This document shows positions 37,506-46,544 of a DNA stretch of 64,000 nucleotides, one piece after another (positions within the stretch are counted from its first letter, which is position 1; the number at the start of each line of letters is the position of its first letter). The stretch spans positions 1 through 64,000 of IMG/VR virus record IMGVR_UViG_3300035703_000058; one strand, written 5' to 3'. Made by a program: the position numbers and the translations under genes. Under the pieces are notes generated by a model that was given only the letters and a program-made list of their open reading frames with translations, was not told where the DNA came from and did not search any database. The DNA comes from a virus.

Positions 37506-38451
37506 CCGCCGCGCCGACGCGGTACAGCAGCGCCTGCACCTGGAGGCGGTTGACCGGTTGACGGCCAACTACTACGCCGACCTGGAGCGCCGCGAGCGCC
37601 GCCTGCACGAAGAGACGGTGCGGGCGCTGCGGGGCAGGCTGCGGGCGGACAGCACCGAAGACCCGATCGCAGCCGCGGACCGCGCCGCCCTGCTTGGCCT
37701 GCTCGGACGCATCGCCCGCGCCCGGAAGGGCGAGCACGCACCCGACCAGCGCGACCTGGACCGGCTGTTTGGCCGCGCCGATCAGGCCACCACCGCCCAC
37801 ACCCGCCGCACCGTCGCCGCCACCGTCCGCGGCCGTGGCGTCGCCGAGCTGTTGGCGGACGCGCCCGCCATCGACCCGAAAGCCATGCGGGCCAACTTCA
37901 TCGCGTCCAACGTGGACCTCATCCGGTCGATCGACACCCGCTACCTCGCCGACGTGGCGACCCTGGTGGACACCGCGGCCAACGAGGGGCGCGCCTGGTC
38001 CTGGTTGGCCCGGTCGCTGGAGGATCGATACGCGGTCAGCCGCAGCCGGGCGCAGCTCATCGCCCGCGACCAGCTCGGCAAGCTCACCGGCCAGCTCACG
38101 CAGGTCCGCCACCTGGAGCTGGGCCTCGACGCCTACCAGTGGATGACGAGCGGAGATGAGCGGGTGCGGCGCAGCCACGAACGCCTGGAGGGCCGCATCT
38201 TCCGGTGGGATGCCCCGCCCCCAGTCGGCCACCCCGGCGAAGACTTCCAATGCCGCTGCACGTCGCGCGCGGTGGTCTCCGCAGCCCACGCCGAACATCT
38301 CCGCGGGCTGGCCGAGCAGCGCGCCCGCGCACAGGCCCAGCGCATCGCGCAGTCCCCGATCGTGCTCGGCACCATCGTGGCCCGGCAGGGGCGGCGCCTC
38401 GACCCCGCACGGTTGGCCGAGTTCCGCGGCGAGTTCAGGCGGGCGGCTTGA
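37489..38451 (+). CDS. SPP1 gp7 / MuF-like head morphogenesis protein
   Basis: RAQLIARDQ, W.TSGDERVR.SH, PGEDFQCRC. Confidence 0.92.
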   Translation: MLLSPDRRADAVQQRLHLEAVDRLTANYYADLERRERRLHEETVRALRGRLRADSTEDPIAAADRAALLGLLGRIARARKGEHAPDQRDLDRLFGRADQATTAHTRRTVAATVRGRGVAELLADAPAIDPKAMRANFIASNVDLIRSIDTRYLADVATLVDTAANEGRAWSWLARSLEDRYAVSRSRAQLIARDQLGKLTGQLTQVRHLELGLDAYQWMTSGDERVRRSHERLEGRIFRWDAPPPVGHPGEDFQCRCTSRAVVSAAHAEHLRGLAEQRARAQAQRIAQSPIVLGTIVARQGRRLDPARLAEFRGEFRRAA

Positions 38452-38641
38452 CCCGCCGGCCCTGCAGGACCACCACGCCCAGCTTGATCGCGTAGCGCGC
38501 GACGGCGGTGTCGCTGTCGAGTGTGGCGAGCAGAGCCGGATCCTGCTCGGACAGCAGCCGCCGTAGCTGCTGCATCGTCTGGTTGTCGATGTAGATGCGC
38601 GCCGCCTGCTTCGAGCTGGCGGCTTCGTTGCTTCCGACCAT
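38435..38641 (-). CDS. small antisense protein, ribbon-helix-helix-like
   Basis: ARIYIDNQTMQQLRRL...AVARYAI; GGAGG RBS; own promoter motif CGGGATAGCC. Confidence 0.5.
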   Translation of the reverse strand: MVGSNEAASSKQAARIYIDNQTMQQLRRLLSEQDPALLATLDSDTAVARYAIKLGVVVLQGRRVKPPA

Positions 38642-38725
38642 GTGGCCTCCGTGGGTCAACACTGGCCGGGCTATCCCGGTTCGTCACCGCCGCGACCCGC
38701 CCCAAAGCCGATCGGCAAAAGCCCG

Positions 38726-38735
38726 CGCGGTAGCC
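38726..38735 (+). promoter_or_regulatory. late-promoter motif before the protease gene
   Basis: CGCGGTAGCC; T of TAG is 13 nt before the ATG. Confidence 0.5.
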
Positions 38736-38743
38736 CCTCCGCG

Positions 38744-40018
38744 ATGGCCACCACCGCCCGCCGCTTTGACGACAAGCTCGGAGCCCCCCTGCTCCGGGTG
38801 TTCGTGCGCCCGGAAGACGGCGCCCGGCTCTGCGAAGGCATCGCAACCCAGGAAGGCGTGCTCGTCTACCGCAACGCAGACGGCACCGAGCGCCTGGAGC
38901 TGGTGACCCGACAGGCGGTGCTCGACACGGCAGCGACCATCGGCCGCGCGACGATGACGCTCCACCACCCCGAAGACGGCTTCGTCGGCCCGGACAACTA
39001 CCAGCGCCACGCCATCGGCGACGTCGACGGCGATGTGCGCGTGGAGGAGTTCGGCGCGCAGGGTGGCTTCGCGCGGGTCCGCGTGTTGACCGCGGTCCGC
39101 CGCGCCGACGCCCTCGATGCCCTCGCCGCTGGCGTCTGCCAACTCAGCAGCGGCTACGAGGTGGACCTGGACGAGACGCCCGGCGTCCACCCGGTCTTCG
39201 GTCGCTACGACGCCTGTCAGGTGGGCCGCCGCATCAACCACCTTGCGCTCGTGCCGGAGGGTCGCTCCGGCCCCGAAGTGGCCCTGCGCACCGACTCCGC
39301 CGACGCCGTGTGCGCCCGGCGCATCGACCACCACGAAAGCGGGGCGACCCGCATGGACTCGACCATGAAGCACCTGCTTGTGGCGCTGGGGCTGCTCGGC
39401 ATCACCCTGCGCGCAGACGCCAAGGACGACGATCAGGGCGCCGCCCTGGTCGAAGGCATCAAGAAGCTGAAGGCCGACATGGCCGAGATGGGCGAAAAGC
39501 TCGCCGCCGCCGAGAACGGCGGGGACGCGCTCAAGGCGTTCCTCGACGCCTACCAGCTCAAGGACCTCGCCGCGCTCAAGGCGAAGTTCGCCGAGATGGG
39601 CGCCCAGCTCACCGCCGCCCAACAGGAGGCCGCCGCCGCCAAGGCTGCGCTCCAGGCGAAGGAGGACGAAGCCGCCGCCGCCGCCCAGCAGGCCGAGATT
39701 GGGCGCATGGACGCGCTGGCCAAGCAGCTCGGCCTCAAGACCGACGGCCTCGACCTCAAGGCCAAGCGGCTGGCCATCGCCAAGACCCGCGTCGACAGCA
39801 TCGACGCCAAGGCCAGCGACACCTACATCGCCGCCGTGCTCGACATCATCGAGGGCGACCTCAAGGCCCGGGGCCAGCGCGCCGACGCCGCGGGGGCCAC
39901 GGGCGCCCGCCTCGACGATTGGGCCGACAAGCGCGGCGACCGGCGTGAGGACGCCAAGGACGAGTTCTACAACCCCCACGTGGCCCACTCCGATGCGGCC
40001 TTTCGAGGTGACAAGTGA
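38744..40018 (+). CDS. DUF2213 prohead protease/scaffold
   Basis: GVLVY, T..HP, LSSGY, NHLALV..GRSG; C-terminal coiled coil. Confidence 0.88.
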   Translation: MATTARRFDDKLGAPLLRVFVRPEDGARLCEGIATQEGVLVYRNADGTERLELVTRQAVLDTAATIGRATMTLHHPEDGFVGPDNYQRHAIGDVDGDVRVEEFGAQGGFARVRVLTAVRRADALDALAAGVCQLSSGYEVDLDETPGVHPVFGRYDACQVGRRINHLALVPEGRSGPEVALRTDSADAVCARRIDHHESGATRMDSTMKHLLVALGLLGITLRADAKDDDQGAALVEGIKKLKADMAEMGEKLAAAENGGDALKAFLDAYQLKDLAALKAKFAEMGAQLTAAQQEAAAAKAALQAKEDEAAAAAQQAEIGRMDALAKQLGLKTDGLDLKAKRLAIAKTRVDSIDAKASDTYIAAVLDIIEGDLKARGQRADAAGATGARLDDWADKRGDRREDAKDEFYNPHVAHSDAAFRGDK

Positions 40019-41205
40019 GCGCCAACGGCTTCTTCGAGCGCGCCAGCGATGTGCGCACCAACCGTCCGATCGGCTTCATCGGGCAGGTGCTCGGGTACTT
40101 CCGCTCCCGCAGCGGCAACAACCAGCGCCCCCAGGCCGCGCAGATCACGACCATCGCCATCCCGGCGAGCCCGGACAGCAGCACCGCCTACTCGGTGGTG
40201 ATCGACGGCGTGACCTGCACCTACACGACCGACGCCTCCGCTACCCAGGCCGAGCTTGGGGCGGGCCTGGAGGCGGCCATCGAGGTTCAGGCGGGCGCGC
40301 GCGGACGGATGTCGCCCAGCTACTCGGGCGGCACCCTGACCCTGACCGGCTCCTGGCCGGGCATCTCCTACACCGTCACCACGTCGGGCGGCACCGGCGG
40401 CGGCGCCATCGGCTCCGCGACCACGGCGACCGCGGCAGCGTCGGCGACGGCGGTGCAGTTCGGGCGCGCCCTTTGCACCGACGGGCAGGTGACCGACGAA
40501 GGCACCCCGAAGGTGTTCATGCCGACCACGGCGCTCTTCTCGGCGCAGGTGAAGACCTTCACCTACGCGAGCGTGGCCAGCGGGGACAGCATCCAGACCC
40601 GCGTGGTCATGAACGGCGATGAGATCCTGGTCTCGACGCCCTACAACACCTCGCACGCGCAGTCGCTCATCGACCACGCGGCGGCGCTGGAGACGGCGCT
40701 CAACGCGACCTTCGGCGCCGGCTATGGCGCGGTGGCGGCCCGCAGCTCCGACACCATCACCATCACCGCCGACGTGGCGGGCGCCGAGTTCAGCGCCGTC
40801 AGCGACGTCGTCGGCTCCGGCGGCGGCACGGTCAGCGCGGCCAACACCACCGGCCCCAGCATCTCGACCTCAGTGGCGCGGGCGCTGATCGGCGTCTCGA
40901 AGCGCCGGGCGGACGTCGAGAACGTCACCGTCGATGGCGACGATCCCGCCTACGCGGCCAACCGCGGCGTCGAGTACGTCGTGCACGGCGAGATGTTGGT
41001 CGCCCGCGACACCACGGAGACCTGGGATCGCAACTCGCAGACCTGGGTTTCGGTGTCCACGTCCGCCACGCTCAGCGGCCGCCTCTACGACACCGGCTCG
41101 TCCACCCGGGTCTGGATCCCGCAGGAACTCATCCGGCTCGTCGCTCAGGAACCCTCCACCCACACCGACGGCATCGGTCAGATCGCCGTCAACATCGGAG
41201 TCTGA
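40015..41205 (+). CDS. capsid decoration/cement protein
   Basis: Thr/Ser/Gly-rich; VQFGRAL; lies between protease and MCP. Confidence 0.6.
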   Translation: MSANGFFERASDVRTNRPIGFIGQVLGYFRSRSGNNQRPQAAQITTIAIPASPDSSTAYSVVIDGVTCTYTTDASATQAELGAGLEAAIEVQAGARGRMSPSYSGGTLTLTGSWPGISYTVTTSGGTGGGAIGSATTATAAASATAVQFGRALCTDGQVTDEGTPKVFMPTTALFSAQVKTFTYASVASGDSIQTRVVMNGDEILVSTPYNTSHAQSLIDHAAALETALNATFGAGYGAVAARSSDTITITADVAGAEFSAVSDVVGSGGGTVSAANTTGPSISTSVARALIGVSKRRADVENVTVDGDDPAYAANRGVEYVVHGEMLVARDTTETWDRNSQTWVSVSTSATLSGRLYDTGSSTRVWIPQELIRLVAQEPSTHTDGIGQIAVNIGV

Positions 41206-41207
41206 CC

Positions 41208-42332
41208 ATGTCACGGTTTGTCGAGGTTCTGGAAGGTGGTTGCGAGGGCGAGCTGTCGTCCTCCGACTACTACGCCGGTGCGGTGGAGGAGTTCCGCGCC
41301 ACCCTCAAGACCAAGCTGGACGCGCGCGGGCGCCGTGTGGACAACGCCTACACGGCGTCGATGACGCGGCTGGACAGCTATCTCGCCAGCGCCAACGACC
41401 GCCGCGGGGACGCCTTCGTGCCCGGCGCGGGCAACTACAACCCCCGCGACCTCACCCAGCGCATCAAGCGGGCGATGGAGGAGCGCCTGCAGCCGCTCAC
41501 CGCGGACAAGTGCTTCCCGATCAACACGGAGCTGGACCCGGGCGCGCTCACCTACGAGCAGACCCGGCTGATGACCACGGGCCGGGCGATCGAGTACCGC
41601 GGCGGGCTCGGCGATGACGCCCCGACCGTCGAGGTTGGCCAGTCCTCGGTGCAGCAGCCCATCTTGGGCGGCATCATCAAAGTGGTCAACGACTTCCGCG
41701 AGCTGGCAGCCGACCGCTTCGCGGGCGTCGATCGGGCGGCGAAGAAGATCGCGGGCGCGCGCCGCTCGATGCAGGAGCTGCGCAGCCGCTGGATCTGGCG
41801 CGGCAGCCAGGCCAACGGCATGTACGGCATCATCGGCCACCCCTACGTGGACACCGCCACCTCGCAGGTGCCGTACACCAGCGCCAGCGCGGTGGCCGAC
41901 ATCATCGCCGACTTCGTCTACTGGGCGCAGTGGGCGGACAACCAGTCCGGCAGCGCCTACAAGCCCGACTCGGTGGTCATCGGCCAGAAGCTGTACAACT
42001 ACCTCGCCGGGACGGTGATGGCGCTGAACAACAGCTCCAACGTCACCATCCTGGAGATGTTGAAGCGGCTCTGCCCGGACATCGTCAACTGGATGTCGGC
42101 GCCCGAGCTGAACGCCACGGTCGCCTCGAACGTGCATGGACTGTTCTTCTACGCCAAGGGCACCGGCGAGCTGGACCGCTCGGTGGAGCTGATGGACGCC
42201 ATGCCCGCCACGCTGCTCGCGCCCGAGAAGCGCGCGCTTGGCGAGCAGACCTTCATGGTGATGTTCTTCGGCGGCGCCAACCAGCGCAGCGCCGGGGACA
42301 ACCTGCTTGTTCACGTCGAAGGCCCCGCGTAG
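41208..42332 (+). CDS. major capsid protein (DUF2184-like)
   Basis: Size and position; G....GMYGIIGHP; PDSVVI. Confidence 0.8.
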   Translation: MSRFVEVLEGGCEGELSSSDYYAGAVEEFRATLKTKLDARGRRVDNAYTASMTRLDSYLASANDRRGDAFVPGAGNYNPRDLTQRIKRAMEERLQPLTADKCFPINTELDPGALTYEQTRLMTTGRAIEYRGGLGDDAPTVEVGQSSVQQPILGGIIKVVNDFRELAADRFAGVDRAAKKIAGARRSMQELRSRWIWRGSQANGMYGIIGHPYVDTATSQVPYTSASAVADIIADFVYWAQWADNQSGSAYKPDSVVIGQKLYNYLAGTVMALNNSSNVTILEMLKRLCPDIVNWMSAPELNATVASNVHGLFFYAKGTGELDRSVELMDAMPATLLAPEKRALGEQTFMVMFFGGANQRSAGDNLLVHVEGPA

Positions 42333-42346
42333 GGCAAGGAGTAGCA

Positions 42347-42589
42347 ATGAACGTCCGAAACGTGGGCACCCAGCGCATCATCGTGGGCCCGGGCCCCGCC
42401 TCCACGCGCGCCGATATGGGCGAGGCCGGCGCCGGCTTCATCCTGCACGCCAAGAACGACAAGCTCCAGAGCGGCGAGCCGGCCAACGTGCGTCCGGTGA
42501 CGGCCGCACAGCGCAAGGTGCTGGAGGGCATGGCAGCGTTCCAGGCGCTGACCAGGCACAACAGCTACGGCGTGGAGTTCAGCGGCTGA
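42347..42589 (+). CDS. small virion protein
   Basis: AAGGAG RBS; follows MCP. Confidence 0.6.
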   Translation: MNVRNVGTQRIIVGPGPASTRADMGEAGAGFILHAKNDKLQSGEPANVRPVTAAQRKVLEGMAAFQALTRHNSYGVEFSG

Positions 42590-42978
42590 TGGCCGTGGAC
42601 ACCGCTGCGATCCTGGCGGTGTTCCGCGTGGTGGCGCCTGAGTTCTCCGCGACCTCAGACGCCACCGTCAACGCTCTGTCCGCGATCGAGGGCACCAAGG
42701 TGTCCGCCACGGCGTTCGGGGCCAACACCTCGGAAGCCGTGGCGCACCGCGTTGCGCATCTGCTGGAGATTCAGGCGCGTCTGGCCGCGGAGACAGCCAG
42801 CGCCCGCGGCCCCGGCGTCACCACGTCGGTGAGCACGGGTGACCTCTCGATCAGCCGCAGCTTGAGCATTACGGCGGCGACGGCGGGCGACGCCTGGTGG
42901 ATGCAGACCGCGCACGGCCTGGCCTACCTGGCGCTGCGAGACGAGCAGGGCGAGATCGGCTACTGCTGGGCCGGTTGA
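42589..42978 (+). CDS. DUF4054-like head-tail adaptor
   Basis: FR...PEF, AHLL, S.STGDLSIS, W.QT.HG..Y. Confidence 0.8.
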   Translation: MAVDTAAILAVFRVVAPEFSATSDATVNALSAIEGTKVSATAFGANTSEAVAHRVAHLLEIQARLAAETASARGPGVTTSVSTGDLSISRSLSITAATAGDAWWMQTAHGLAYLALRDEQGEIGYCWAG

Positions 42979-43412
42979 TGGTCACCGACCGCGACCACGG
43001 CTACCGCGGGTTGCTTCGTCGCCTGCTCGGCGTGCGCGAGTACGCGACCCGCGTTGGCATTCACGAAGAGGACGGCAGCGACCTCGCCGTCATCGCGGCG
43101 GCCAACGAGTTCGGCACCACGAACGGCCACGTCCCCGAGCGCAGCTTTCTGCGCGCGACCGTGGACGCCAACGCCACCACCTACGGCGACGAGCTGGACA
43201 AAGCCGTCCGCGCCCACGTAGACGGGCGCCGCACCCTCGACGTCGGTCTTGGCCGGCTCGGCGCGCGCGTCGAAGGCGACATCAAGCAGTTCATGACGGA
43301 CCTCCAGGATCCGCCGAACGTTTTTTCTACCATCGCCCGCAAGGGCAGCAGCAACCCGCTCATCGACACGGGGCGACTGCGGGCGACCATCCGGCATGAG
43401 GAGGAGCCTTGA
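42978..43412 (+). CDS. neck / tail-completion protein
   Basis: NEFGT...PERSFLR; PLIDTGRL. Confidence 0.8.
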   Translation: MVTDRDHGYRGLLRRLLGVREYATRVGIHEEDGSDLAVIAAANEFGTTNGHVPERSFLRATVDANATTYGDELDKAVRAHVDGRRTLDVGLGRLGARVEGDIKQFMTDLQDPPNVFSTIARKGSSNPLIDTGRLRATIRHEEEP

Positions 43413-43774
43413 TCCTGCTGGGCGCGACCACCATCACCCGCCGCCGCTACAGCGCGGGCTCGCGGGCCTCCACCGGCTACTGGACCGAGGGGTCCACCAC
43501 CGACACCTCCATCACGGCGTCGGTGCAGCCGGCGTCAGGCAAAGACCTCAAGCTGCTGTCGGAGGGCGAGCGCACCAAGCGCGCCATCAAGGTCTACACG
43601 ACCGCCGACCTGCGCACGACGTCGCCCCAGAATGGCACCCGCTCAGACGAGCTGGTCATCTCCGGCGTGACGGGCATCGACGACGGCACCTATCAGGTGC
43701 AGCACGTCGAGTCCTACTACGCGCTGCTCGCCCACAACAAGGCCATCGCCGTACGCCGCCAGGAGGCGCCATGA
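43409..43774 (+). CDS. head-closure protein
   Basis: ASVQP..GKDL..L.EGER. Confidence 0.7.
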   Translation: MILLGATTITRRRYSAGSRASTGYWTEGSTTDTSITASVQPASGKDLKLLSEGERTKRAIKVYTTADLRTTSPQNGTRSDELVISGVTGIDDGTYQVQHVESYYALLAHNKAIAVRRQEAP

Positions 43775-44310
43775 GCATACGCGGCGACATCCTTCAGGCG
43801 GTCCGCGGCTGGCTCAAGGCGGCGTCCAGCCTGACCGACGCACAGGTCATCCCCGCCGACGACATCGGCCCGCGCCCGGCGCTGCCCTACCTGACCGTCA
43901 AGGTGGTGGTGGCAGACCTTCCGGTCGGCGAGGACGAAACCCGCTACGCCCTGAACGGTGACGACGACCCCACCGTCACCGTTCACGGCACCCGCCGCGG
44001 CACGGTGTCTGTGCAGGGCTACGGGGCCGCCGCAGAAGAATGGCTGGTCACCGCGCGTCTGGCGCTGCGCCTGCCCACCATACAGGCGACGCTCAACACG
44101 GCGGGCCTGACCGTGGTGCCCATCGGGGCGCCGCGTGACGTCGCCGTGGTGCTCGACACCAGCTTCGAGGCGCGGGTCGTCTGGGATCTTGAGGTCCTCT
44201 ACGACGTCAGCTCCGCGGCGGAAGAGGAGATCGCCGCCGCGATAGCCACTGTCACATCGGTGCTCAGCCCCGGCGCGCTGACCACCACCTCCACCCTCGA
44301 TCTCACCTGA
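43771..44310 (+). CDS. tail terminator protein
   Basis: PRPALPY; position before the sheath. Confidence 0.7.
   Translation: MSIRGDILQAVRGWLKAASSLTDAQVIPADDIGPRPALPYLTVKVVVADLPVGEDETRYALNGDDDPTVTVHGTRRGTVSVQGYGAAAEEWLVTARLALRLPTIQATLNTAGLTVVPIGAPRDVAVVLDTSFEARVVWDLEVLYDVSSAAEEEIAAAIATVTSVLSPGALTTTSTLDLT
44238..44247 (+). promoter_or_regulatory. internal late-promoter motif upstream of the sheath gene
   Basis: Exact CGCGATAGCC, using a rare ATA codon. Confidence 0.45.
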
Positions 44311-44319
44311 GAGCACACC

Positions 44320-45429
44320 ATGGCCGTCGTCACGCACCTGGACCGCATCGGCGTCACCGTCAACCTGGACGCCGTGGGGGCGCAGCAGGCGGGCTTCTAC
44401 GTGCTCTACCTGGTGCCGCTGGCGGCCAACAGCCTCAACAGCGCCACCTACATGACGTTCGCGTCCTTCGCGGAGGTCGATGCGGCGAGCACCGCCGGCT
44501 ACATCTCGGCCACCACCCTCCAGGCGCTCACCGACGTCTTCGCCCAGGCGCGGGTGCCGAGCCAGATCCACGTCGCCAGCGTGGACCTTGCGTCGTCGTC
44601 CGGCTCGATCCCCGACACCTACGCGCTGGTCATCGCGTCGATGATCAGCGAGGGCCTGGACTTCTACGCCGTATGCATTCAGGACCGCGACAACACCGAC
44701 GTCGCGACGGTCTCCGACTACATCGAGGCGCTGGCCAGCGAGCGCCCCTACATCTTCGTTGGTCAGTCCTCCGACAGCGACTGGAAGACTGCCACGCCCG
44801 ACGCCGCCTTCAACACCGTCGTGGGCAACGAGCGCACCGTGCTCGTCTACCACGACACCTCCACCGAGCACAACGACCTCGTGTGGGCTTCGTGCGTGCT
44901 CGCCTTCACCCCCGACAGCTACTCCGCGCCTTGGAACCGCCCGCTGACCGACATCGTCGCCCTTGCGACCCTGACGAGCGCCGAGAAGGGCTACCTGCGC
45001 ACCAACAACGCCAACTTCGGCGCGCGTCTCAACTCCACCTACACCTTCTACATGGACCCCGGCCGCACCATGGCGGGCCGGGCGGCGTCGGAGCGGGTGT
45101 CGGCGGACTGGTACGCCATCCGGGTCCAGGAAGGTCTGGCCCAGCTACTCGGCGACCTCACCAACCGCGGCCAGAAGCTCACCGTATCGGTGCGCGGCGT
45201 GCGGCAGGTCGAGGCCATCGCCCGCGAAGTCTACGAGCGCGGCGTCACCGCAGGCCACTTCGAGCCCAACCAGCTCACCTTCACCTCCGCGACCATCAAC
45301 GCCGATGGCACCATCTCCAGCGCCGACCTGACGGCGCAACGCATCCGGGTGACCGCAAACATCCAGCTCACCACGGGCGCCATCACGATCGCTTTCACCG
45401 CCAACCTCAGCCGCACCGCGGTCAACTGA
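44320..45429 (+). CDS. tail sheath protein (DUF3383-like)
   Basis: F.Q...P; DW...R.QE; position. Confidence 0.8.
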   Translation: MAVVTHLDRIGVTVNLDAVGAQQAGFYVLYLVPLAANSLNSATYMTFASFAEVDAASTAGYISATTLQALTDVFAQARVPSQIHVASVDLASSSGSIPDTYALVIASMISEGLDFYAVCIQDRDNTDVATVSDYIEALASERPYIFVGQSSDSDWKTATPDAAFNTVVGNERTVLVYHDTSTEHNDLVWASCVLAFTPDSYSAPWNRPLTDIVALATLTSAEKGYLRTNNANFGARLNSTYTFYMDPGRTMAGRAASERVSADWYAIRVQEGLAQLLGDLTNRGQKLTVSVRGVRQVEAIAREVYERGVTAGHFEPNQLTFTSATINADGTISSADLTAQRIRVTANIQLTTGAITIAFTANLSRTAVN

Positions 45430-45439
45430 GAGGTCTCCT

Positions 45440-45892
45440 ATGCCCGGGCCCACGAAGATCCACGATCTCGCACAGGTGGTCCTCACCATCGGCGGCTACA
45501 CGATCAGCGGCTACGGCGAAGGCGGCGCCGTCAAGGTCGAGCCGGTGTCGTCCGCCGTCGAGTCCACCGTCGGCCACGATGGTCAGGTCACCTACAGCCG
45601 CACCAACGACGCGCGGGCGAAGGTGACCATCACCGTGCGCGGCAACTCGGTCGCCCACAAGCACCTGAGCACGCTCATGCAGGCGCAGCTTGCGGCGCCG
45701 GTGCTGGCCCCGATGGCGTTCCTGCTCGTCAACGCGCAGACCGGCGAGCGGTTCGCGTCGGCCTACTTCGTCTTCCTGGAGCACCCGGGCGTCGAGCAGG
45801 CCAAGGGCGTCACTGATCGCGTCTACATCGGCGAGCTGCCCTACGGCTTTGACGCCGGCAACTACGACGCCGCGCCTCTGGTCGCGGTCTGA
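45440..45892 (+). CDS. tail tube protein (DUF3277-like)
   Basis: I.GY.EG; VG.DG; follows the sheath. Confidence 0.8.
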   Translation: MPGPTKIHDLAQVVLTIGGYTISGYGEGGAVKVEPVSSAVESTVGHDGQVTYSRTNDARAKVTITVRGNSVAHKHLSTLMQAQLAAPVLAPMAFLLVNAQTGERFASAYFVFLEHPGVEQAKGVTDRVYIGELPYGFDAGNYDAAPLVAV

Positions 45893-45900
45893 GGCCACCC

Positions 45901-46344
45901 ATGAGCCAACTCCCACCCCCGGTAGAAGTCCAGATCGGCGACGACAACGGCGTCGCGCACGCCTACCTGATCAGCCTGCACCCCGCCGCGGAGGGCCAGC
46001 GGGTTGTCTGTCAACTGCTCGGCCTGGTGGCCGGTCCGCTCGCCGAGCTGATCGCCGCGGGCATCGAAGGCGGCAGCGCGGCCAACGTGGACTTCCAGGG
46101 CATCGGCCGGCAGGTCGGCGCCACCCTGCTGGGCGACGCGCCGCCCAAGCTCATCCGGGAGCTGTTGCGGTACACGGCCCGTGATGGCCGCGCGATGGCC
46201 AACGAACACGAGTTCAACGTCGCCTACACCGGCAACTACGGCGAGCTGATGGTGGCGCTCTCGGAGGTCGTTCGGAACAACCGTTTTTTGCCGCTGTCGC
46301 GTATCAGCTCCATGCTGCCGGGGGCGAGGCCGACCCCGTCGTAA
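45901..46344 (+). CDS. tail assembly chaperone (gpG-like)
   Basis: Between tube and tape measure; slippery site near the 3' end. Confidence 0.75.
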   Translation: MSQLPPPVEVQIGDDNGVAHAYLISLHPAAEGQRVVCQLLGLVAGPLAELIAAGIEGGSAANVDFQGIGRQVGATLLGDAPPKLIRELLRYTARDGRAMANEHEFNVAYTGNYGELMVALSEVVRNNRFLPLSRISSMLPGARPTPS

Positions 46345-46544
46345 CTGCCGCCCTGACCCGGGCCGCCGAGCGCGGCGTCGATTGGTGGATCATGCGCGTC
46401 GTCGTTGACCCTCGCATCCCCGATGGACTCGCAGCGATGCGCACGCTGAGCTTCGCCGACATCTACCACGCGCACCTCGCCCTGGACGCCCTCGACACCA
46501 TCGAGGCCCATCGACGCGCCCAGCAGCCCGGGGGTGGGCGATGA
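46284..46544 (+). CDS. -1 frameshift extension of the tail chaperone (gpT-like)
   Basis: T TTT TTG at 46284-46290; the -1 frame is open to TGA 46542-46544. Confidence 0.75.
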   Translation, partial: FFAAVAYQLHAAGGEADPVVTAALTRAAERGVDWWIMRVVVDPRIPDGLAAMRTLSFADIYHAHLALDALDTIEAHRRAQQPGGGR

